In this document: in pieces, positions 46,274-52,679 of the stretch
Layout of the letters: each line of letters begins with the position of its first letter
Position numbering within the stretch: the first letter of the stretch is position 1
Assembly: GCA_013288905.1 (NCBI GenBank)
Contig: JABDAW010000003.1
Span: forward strand, 1 to 52,679
DNA: 52,679 nt
Direction: 5' to 3'
DNA from: Bacteroidota bacterium
GTDB taxonomy: Bacteria > Bacteroidota > Bacteroidia > AKYH767-A > JABDAW01
Notes under the pieces: generated by a model
Seen by the model: only the letters and a program-made list of their open reading frames with translations
The model's database searches: none
Told to the model about the DNA's origin: nothing
Program-made: the position numbers and the translations under genes

Positions 46274-47020
46274 TTAATATTTCTTCAAAGAAATATCCGT
46301 TCCGTCAAATACGGCAAAAGAATTCGATTTGAACCATTCGCCAAGATTAATGTAACGGCTGCCTTCATTTAATTTAATGTCCAATGGAAGATGGCGATGC
46401 CCGAAAATGAAGTATTCGTAATGCTTTTTCTGAAGGACTTCTTTGCAATAAATCACTAACCATTCTTTGCTCTCGCCAAGGAATTTCTCTTCATGCGCTT
46501 CATTAAATATCCGGCTTCTATGCGACCAGTAATTAGCAATCTTCATTCCCAGGTCAGGATGAATGATGGCGAATAACCATTGACAAAATTTATTGGCGAA
46601 TACCTTCTTCAAAAACTTATAACCATTGTCTCCGGGACCCAATCCATCACCATGCCCGATGAGAAATTTCTTGCCTCCGAATTCTCTTTCTATTGGTTCT
46701 TTATGGAGAATAATATTTATTTCTTTTGGGAGATAATCAAAGATCCACATGTCATGATTCCCCGTGAAAAGATGCACCGGAATGCCACTGTCAGTAAGCT
46801 CTGCGATCTTTCCTAATATCCTTACATAACCTCGTGGAACAACAGTTTTGTATTCAAACCAGAAGTCAAATAAATCTCCCACAAGAAAGATTTCTTCAGC
46901 ATCATCCTTAATTTCATCCAACCATTTTACAATCCTCTTTTCGCGTTCAAGGCTTGTTGCATAGTCAGGCGCACCAAGATGAAAGTCGGATGCAAAATAT
47001 ATCTTTTTATTGGTCTCCAT
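46274..47020 (-). CDS. lpxH: UDP-2,3-diacylglucosamine diphosphatase
   Basis: Calcineurin-like metallophosphoesterase motifs (SDFHLG, GDLFD, GNHD, GHGD, GHRH). Confidence 0.85.
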   Translation of the reverse strand: METNKKIYFASDFHLGAPDYATSLEREKRIVKWLDEIKDDAEEIFLVGDLFDFWFEYKTVVPRGYVRILGKIAELTDSGIPVHLFTGNHDMWIFDYLPKEINIILHKEPIEREFGGKKFLIGHGDGLGPGDNGYKFLKKVFANKFCQWLFAIIHPDLGMKIANYWSHRSRIFNEAHEEKFLGESKEWLVIYCKEVLQKKHYEYFIFGHRHLPLDIKLNEGSRYINLGEWFKSNSFAVFDGTDISLKKY

Positions 47021-47026
47021 TTAATA

Positions 47027-50000
47027 TCAAAAGGATAAATTTTTTATAGCATTTAAAGGATTAATAAGATCAATATTCAAAACAAAACGAATGTTGTCTT
47101 TGAAGTCATCTTTCCCATTTGCAACAAGGGCAGTCTCTATATCATTAGAATAAAACAACGGGAAATAAATAACGAAAACTTTCTTTACTAAACATAGAGA
47201 AAAACCTCCATCATAAGAAAGTCCGGTAGGATTAAACGCAGCATTAGAATAGCGATAAGTCCCTGCATCAAAAAAGAAATGAATGAAGCTAACAGCCCCG
47301 AATAGCGGGATGTCTGTGTTCATTGTCGCCAGCCAATTATTAGTTTGCCCGGCAAAACTCCCCACCTTGAAATCACCATCTCGCATATATATCTGATCGG
47401 AAAGAATACCATTATATTCGCTTCTTCCGAGGTAGGTATTATCGAATAAATAATCCTGGTAACCTTGAATGCCGCTCAAGCTAAAAGAAGGATTCAAAAG
47501 GGGTGGAGGATTGTAGTGAACGAACTTCCCAGCGAAGAATCGAATGTCAGCACTGGTGCCCTTTTTGTTGTAGGAGATGGAGTAATTAAACTCCCCTGAA
47601 ACCTTTGAATAACCTGCACCTCCCTCAACATTAATCTTATAAGAATAAGGATCGAATGTTTGATGGTTATTCATGGAATAGGTGGTTTGGAAAATGTGAT
47701 AAGAAAATGTTCCTTTAACCAATGATGTATCAGAATAATCAAAAGCAGGAATATCTTTAATGATATTAATTTCTCGAATAGAAAGCGTTCTATCAACAGG
47801 GCTTCGGGCATTATCTTTCTTGAAATCAAAGGTCAATTCGGGTTGTATTTTGATGTATTTAAAGTCGTGTAAAGTTTGATTGTTTTCATTAACCACCAAA
47901 TCATTCATGTAGGCATAAGACTTAGCGGCAACACCAAGTTTTATGTTTTGGAATATGCTTTTATCAGGATGCCAAGCATAGGTCACATTGCCTGTGCCTG
48001 CAAGGCTTTTCATCGCTGTGGAATACATCGGAACAAAGATATATTCAAGATTCTTTTCAGGGAGAAAAGTATTGTATAATGCAAGACCGGGCATCAATCC
48101 ATTGTATTTATTAAACCCGACAACAGGTGTCCAATAAAGTTGTGTTCTATCAGGATTCTCAATGCCTCCAAGAAACTTTAATTGAAGGGGTTCGACTTTC
48201 TTTAATAATCCATGTGTGCGAATTGTATTATTTCTTCTATTGATTTCAGGAATGATTTCATCGGCATCTATCTTTATTTTATCATAATCCCCGAAAGGAA
48301 AATTAATAGTTTGAGTTCCTGCAAAACCCTCGTACCATTGGGTTTTAATGATGGAGTCTTTCTTCATTCCAGATATAGAAAACGGACATATAACATCTCC
48401 ATTATTCTTAATTGTAATCAAGAAATTGTTATTGGATTTATCTGCTTTTTCTTTACAGATTTTATAATCAATCTTCTTATCTGTTTCTAATAAATCATTG
48501 AAGAACCAATCAAGATTCTTTCCAGAAGTCTTCTCAACAACTTGCTTAATATCTTCAGGCATGGGATGTTTATATTTCCAGGTTTCAAAGTATGCCTTCA
48601 TACATTTATCAAATGTTTCTTCACCAAGATAAGCCATCAAATACTTAAAGATCATGGCTGTCTTCATATAAACTATTGCATCATAATTATAGACAGTATA
48701 TTCATCCGCAGGTAAATCTATCGGTTGGGTGAGATTCTTTCTTGCCATGATTAGATAAGAAATGTAAGCAAGAGAACGACTATCCAAACTTGAAAGCCCT
48801 AAGAAATTCGACAACCAACTTGATGCCTTTTCAATTTCATCTTTTGTCTTGAGAGGATGGACAGTATCCAAGTATCGAAACTCATAAAAGGAATTAATAC
48901 CTTCATCCATCCAAGCATGTCTTCTTTCATTGGAACCAAGCATTCCATAGAACCAATTATGCCCTACTTCATGCACAATAACATCTTCCAATTCCAAGTC
49001 AGAAGAGACAGAACCTATGACTGTTACATTGGGATATTCCATGCCTCCACCAGCACTTAAAGCCCCGTCAACAGCGGTACATTGATGATATGGATAATCT
49101 CCATTCCACAAGGAATAATAGTAGATAGCACTGTCAATATAGGGAATAGCTTTTCTCCAATACTTTGAATTATAATTAGTAAATAAAACCCAGGTCGTAA
49201 CTTTATTATTAGAGTGTGGCAAAGTAATTTCCCCTTTCAAAACATGATAACGTTTATCGGCGAACCAGGCAAAGTCATGCACCTTTTCCTGATGATAATG
49301 CAAGGTTTTAGTTTCCTTATCAGATTCAGGGAAGGATGAATCATCGGAATAATATTCAATTGTTTTAGTCTTATCAGCAATGTCCGTCATCCATTTTTCT
49401 TCTTGTTCGCCATTGACTAAATCACCTGTGGCGCCTACTACATAGTTCTTTGGCAAAGTAATATTCACATCGAATGTGCCGAACTCTGAATAGAATTCTC
49501 CCTGATCTAAATAAGGAATCTGATTCCATCCATTCCTGTCATATACCGCAGGTTTCGGATACCATTGAGAGATTTGATAAGACTGACCGAGATGCCCCAT
49601 TCTTGAGAACTTCCCAAGAGGAATCTTGACATGGAAAGGTGTTGAAATAGTTATTGTTTCTCCATGCTTCAAGGGCTTATTCAAAATGATTTTGGCAATG
49701 TCTATGTTCATGGAATCATATTCCAAATGAACAGACTCTCCATTAACTTTAAAATCTAATTGGTCAATAAAACCCTTATCTTCATCCTTTGCAAAGTACA
49801 GGCTGGTATTGCCATTCTCAACCATTTGCTTGCATAATGCAGTAGAATGATCTTTATAGCCATTCGCCCAAAGATGTATGTATATAAAGGATAAAGCATC
49901 GGGAGAATTATTAATGTAGTCAAAGGATTCTGTACCATTCAACTCATTCTTTACATCATCAAGAGTTACGCTTATTGTAAATCGTACTTCTTGCTGAAAG

Positions 50001-50068
50001 TATTCCTTACATAAGGACTTATCAATCCCTATCAGCAAGAAAAATAATAGTATGATGTACGATTTCAT
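47027..50068 (-). CDS. M1-family zinc metallopeptidase with large C-terminal extension
   Basis: HEVGHNWFYG...E gluzincin motif. First ATG (MKSYIILLFF signal peptide) inside ORF 47027..50086. Confidence 0.8.
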   Translation of the reverse strand: MKSYIILLFFLLIGIDKSLCKEYFQQEVRFTISVTLDDVKNELNGTESFDYINNSPDALSFIYIHLWANGYKDHSTALCKQMVENGNTSLYFAKDEDKGFIDQLDFKVNGESVHLEYDSMNIDIAKIILNKPLKHGETITISTPFHVKIPLGKFSRMGHLGQSYQISQWYPKPAVYDRNGWNQIPYLDQGEFYSEFGTFDVNITLPKNYVVGATGDLVNGEQEEKWMTDIADKTKTIEYYSDDSSFPESDKETKTLHYHQEKVHDFAWFADKRYHVLKGEITLPHSNNKVTTWVLFTNYNSKYWRKAIPYIDSAIYYYSLWNGDYPYHQCTAVDGALSAGGGMEYPNVTVIGSVSSDLELEDVIVHEVGHNWFYGMLGSNERRHAWMDEGINSFYEFRYLDTVHPLKTKDEIEKASSWLSNFLGLSSLDSRSLAYISYLIMARKNLTQPIDLPADEYTVYNYDAIVYMKTAMIFKYLMAYLGEETFDKCMKAYFETWKYKHPMPEDIKQVVEKTSGKNLDWFFNDLLETDKKIDYKICKEKADKSNNNFLITIKNNGDVICPFSISGMKKDSIIKTQWYEGFAGTQTINFPFGDYDKIKIDADEIIPEINRRNNTIRTHGLLKKVEPLQLKFLGGIENPDRTQLYWTPVVGFNKYNGLMPGLALYNTFLPEKNLEYIFVPMYSTAMKSLAGTGNVTYAWHPDKSIFQNIKLGVAAKSYAYMNDLVVNENNQTLHDFKYIKIQPELTFDFKKDNARSPVDRTLSIREINIIKDIPAFDYSDTSLVKGTFSYHIFQTTYSMNNHQTFDPYSYKINVEGGAGYSKVSGEFNYSISYNKKGTSADIRFFAGKFVHYNPPPLLNPSFSLSGIQGYQDYLFDNTYLGRSEYNGILSDQIYMRDGDFKVGSFAGQTNNWLATMNTDIPLFGAVSFIHFFFDAGTYRYSNAAFNPTGLSYDGGFSLCLVKKVFVIYFPLFYSNDIETALVANGKDDFKDNIRFVLNIDLINPLNAIKNLSF

Positions 50069-50076
50069 ATCAAATA

Positions 50077-50137
50077 AAGAAGCCACGAATGTTACGAATT
50101 CTTCTAATTAATTCGTGCCATTCGTGGCTTCTTTTTT
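50077..50137. terminator. long hairpin terminator downstream of the TlpA-like gene
   Basis: GAAGCCACGAATG/CATTCGTGGCTTC 13-bp stem with T-runs on both strands. Confidence 0.65.
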
Positions 50138-50143
50138 TAATAA

Positions 50144-51274
50144 TTATTTATTAAATATTTCATCTAATTTTCTATCAAGGTCCTGTCCTCTCAATGCTTT
50201 GCCAATGATGATTCCATTTTTATCCAATAAGAAATTCGTGGGGATAGATGTCACATTATACAACTTCGCAAGGGCGGAATTCCATTGAGACAAATCACTC
50301 ACTTGTCTCCACTTTAAACCATCTGCCATGATTGCTGATTTCCATTTTTCGGGGTCTTTATCTAATGAAACACCAAGCACTTCAAAGCCTTTATCATGAT
50401 AGCCTTCATAAGCCTTCACGACATTCGGATTCTCGGCACGACATGGTCCGCACCACGATGCCCAGAAATCTACAAGCACAACTTTGCCTCTGTAAGAAGA
50501 TAGCTTCACAGGCTTGCCCAGTGGGTCATTGGCTTCAAAGTCAGGAGCTTCCGCGCCAACATTGAGCTTCAACATTCCGACAACTTTATTATGAAAATCT
50601 ATCACATATTTTGACTTGGGATGGGCAGGATAAAGCGTCTTGTCCAAAGAATTATACAGGGGATAGTCCTGATCAATACTAATGCCGCCAATAGCAGCCA
50701 TTGCTACCATTGAAGTATTATGATCGGCGATGAATTGACGAGTGAATTTATCCTTTCTTGAATTAATATCAAGATACCTTACTTGCAATGTTTTGGTTAG
50801 AGAATCAACATTGATATTCGGTCGTTGGCGATAGTCATCAAAGGTCTTCTGGAGGTCATCAACTTCTTTGTAAAAGGCGGTAAGGTTTGTATTCAAATCA
50901 CGCAGTAATTCAGAAGTAGGACTTCCTTTGACAGTATAGGTCTTCCCCAATGCCGTGGCATCTCCCGTGATTTCAGGTTTATCCAGCGTATCTACCAAAA
51001 GATTAAAAAAGTTGCCTTGATCAATCCTTACCCTAAAATATCCGGCTTCCGTAATCCTTGGTTTGAATGTAAAATTCCCTTTGGCATCAATTATGCAAGA
51101 GTCCATAACTGAAGCCGCTTCATTGCCTAAGTCATCGAAATAAATTTTCGTTTGAGGCTTGACATTCGTCAGGGTTCCTTTGACTGGCACGACTTTACCG
51201 ACATTTGCATTCTGACTGTTACACGCCATTATGGGCATCAATGCCAGCAGAACGATTAATTTTAAATACTTCAT
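50144..51274 (-). CDS. TlpA-family thiol-disulfide oxidoreductase lipoprotein
   Basis: Lipobox IMAC, N-terminal DUF4369-like domain, WASWCGPC thioredoxin motif. Confidence 0.85.
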   Translation of the reverse strand: MKYLKLIVLLALMPIMACNSQNANVGKVVPVKGTLTNVKPQTKIYFDDLGNEAASVMDSCIIDAKGNFTFKPRITEAGYFRVRIDQGNFFNLLVDTLDKPEITGDATALGKTYTVKGSPTSELLRDLNTNLTAFYKEVDDLQKTFDDYRQRPNINVDSLTKTLQVRYLDINSRKDKFTRQFIADHNTSMVAMAAIGGISIDQDYPLYNSLDKTLYPAHPKSKYVIDFHNKVVGMLKLNVGAEAPDFEANDPLGKPVKLSSYRGKVVLVDFWASWCGPCRAENPNVVKAYEGYHDKGFEVLGVSLDKDPEKWKSAIMADGLKWRQVSDLSQWNSALAKLYNVTSIPTNFLLDKNGIIIGKALRGQDLDRKLDEIFNK

Positions 51275-51362
51275 TTTATATTACTTTATTTGATTTTATA
51301 TTCACCGATTTATTATTCAGATTTTCCGCAAAGATAGGGATGTATTATGAATTTTTGGTGCT

Positions 51363-52070
51363 TTAGAATTGCACCAAAGTGCCAACTGCCTCGCCTTCGA
51401 CAATTCTCAACAAATTTCCTTTCTGATTCATGTCAAACACTATAATCGGAAGCTTATTTTCATTGCATAGAGTGAAGGCGGTAAGGTCCATAATATTTAA
51501 TCCCTGTTTATAAACTTCATCGAAAGAGATTGTTTGATACTTCGTCGCTGTCTTGTCCTTTTCAGGGTCGGCAGAATAGATTCCATCCACACGAGTTCCC
51601 TTCAATACCACATCAGCTTCAATTTCTATGGCACGCAGGCAAGCTGCCGTATCAGTCGTAAAATAAGGATTTCCAGTGCCTGCACCGAAGATGACCACGC
51701 GACCTTTTTCGAGATGACGGATTGCTCGACGCTTGATATAAGGCTCACAAATCTGTTCCATTTTAATGGCAGATTGCAGGCGAGTACTCACATCTATCCG
51801 TTCCAAAGCGGACTGCAATGCCATGCTGTTGATCACCGTAGCGAGCATACCCATATAATCTCCTTGCACCCTGTCTATACCCCCTTCTTCTGCCTGAATC
51901 CCTCGAAAAATATTCCCGCCACCTATCACGATAGCCACCTGAATACCTTGGTCAACTGCATTCTTGATTTCATTGGAATATTGATTAAGCATATCATGAT
52001 CAATGCCAAATTGTTTAGACCCCATCAGCGATTCGCCGCTCAATTTCAGTAAGATTCTTTTGTATTTCAT
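51363..52070 (-). CDS. pyrH: UMP kinase
   Basis: [18 protein letters not shown] and amino-acid-kinase fold motifs. Confidence 0.95.
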   Translation of the reverse strand: MKYKRILLKLSGESLMGSKQFGIDHDMLNQYSNEIKNAVDQGIQVAIVIGGGNIFRGIQAEEGGIDRVQGDYMGMLATVINSMALQSALERIDVSTRLQSAIKMEQICEPYIKRRAIRHLEKGRVVIFGAGTGNPYFTTDTAACLRAIEIEADVVLKGTRVDGIYSADPEKDKTATKYQTISFDEVYKQGLNIMDLTAFTLCNENKLPIIVFDMNQKGNLLRIVEGEAVGTLVQF

Positions 52071-52098
52071 CAGGTGGCTTTAGTAATTGTCAAGAGGG

Positions 52099-52106
52099 CA
52101 AAAGTA
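52099..52106 (-). promoter_or_regulatory. -7 promoter box TACTTTTG
   Basis: Minus-strand match 29 bp upstream of the pyrH ATG. Confidence 0.5.
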
Positions 52107-52201
52107 CAAAATAAACAGTAAGACACGAATGCCATTTTCTGCTTTGCAATGAAATGCCTATTATTAGATACTAAAAAAGTCGCAGGAGACATTAAACCCC
52201 T

Positions 52202-52437
52202 ACCAGTTTGAACTGCAAAGAGTTTAGTTTGAACTGTGCGGGGACCAGTTTGAGCTGGTAGGTATTTAGTTTGAACTGGTGAGGGACCAATTTGAACTGG
52301 GACGGATATATTTTGAACTGGGACGGGTATTATTTGAACTGGAGGTGTACCAGTTTGAACTGGGAGGTGTACCAGTTTGAACTGGGACGGATATTGTTTG
52401 AACTGCTGACAAAATTGTTTTAACTGGAAGGTGGATG
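52202..52437. repeat. tandem array E: 11 x 21-bp units with core (CCAG)TTTGAACTGG
   Basis: TTTGAACT recurs at 52207, 52228, 52249, 52270, 52291, 52312, 52333, 52354, 52376, 52397 and 52418. One 1-nt insertion. Confidence 0.9.
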
Positions 52438-52460
52438 ACTTCATTCTAACGTCAGGCAAT

Positions 52461-52500
52461 AAAAAAACCACGAATCCTATATACGCAGGATTCGTGGTTT
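52461..52500 (-). terminator. rho-independent terminator of the partial upstream gene
   Basis: AAACCACGAATCC/GGATTCGTGGTTT 13-bp stem. T-run on the minus strand. Confidence 0.7.
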
Positions 52501-52523
52501 ACATTTACCTGGAATTCCAGTTT

Positions 52524-52679
52524 CTATTTTGCCCTTACTGCAATAATCTGACTTTCTCTAACCAGCACACCATGACAGATTTCAGCAACAGAAATATTTT
52601 GCATAGAGCCTGAAACAAAATTGCCAATGGTAACATGAGTAAGGTCTGTCGGTTGTGCCCGCACGAAAGCCGTCCTGTC
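52524..52679 (-). CDS. 3' end of an unidentified gene (51 codons plus stop), truncated by window edge
   Basis: Minus-strand frame is open from the window edge (...VRAQPTDLTHVTIGNFVSGSMQNISVAEICHGVLVRESQIIAVRAK*), followed by a terminator hairpin. Confidence 0.45.
   Translation of the reverse strand, partial: DRTAFVRAQPTDLTHVTIGNFVSGSMQNISVAEICHGVLVRESQIIAVRAK

Overview
AT-rich chromosomal segment, almost certainly from a Bacteroidota genome. The evidence is gldA/gldF/gldG gliding genes, six predicted secreted proteins with type IX secretion C-terminal sorting domains, and TAnnTTTG -7 promoter boxes in front of many genes. Most of the window is housekeeping: bioA (5' partial), mreC-mreD-mrdA-rodA, xth, pepP-like, rpmB, aroK, trpS, purQ, asnS, radC, ruvC, meaB-like, two LPS glycosyltransferases, an ABC ATPase/permease pair, yebC, lpxH, an M1 peptidase, a TlpA-like thioredoxin and pyrH. 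There are two tRNAs, Ser-CGA and Arg-TCG. Each tRNA borders a small accessory islet. The islet at 10.7-16.9 kb holds two toxin-antitoxin-like modules and orphan genes. The islet at 23.2-25.7 kb holds orphan genes and dense palindromes. I saw no rRNA, CRISPR-Cas, integrase, transposase or reverse transcriptase. The most unusual content is non-coding. Five intergenic arrays each consist of about 10-12 phase-locked copies of a 21-bp unit. Their unit sequences are unrelated, but period, size and position just upstream of a gene start are the same. I also found a GGATTTGCAATCC hairpin module sitting in frame inside two unrelated genes (three copies), a perfect 23-bp inverted-repeat pair next to an orphan gene, nested cruciform palindromes, and an AT-rich element that follows stop codons and a tRNA 3' end. 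I could not assign any of these to a described system. All functional readings below are hypotheses.
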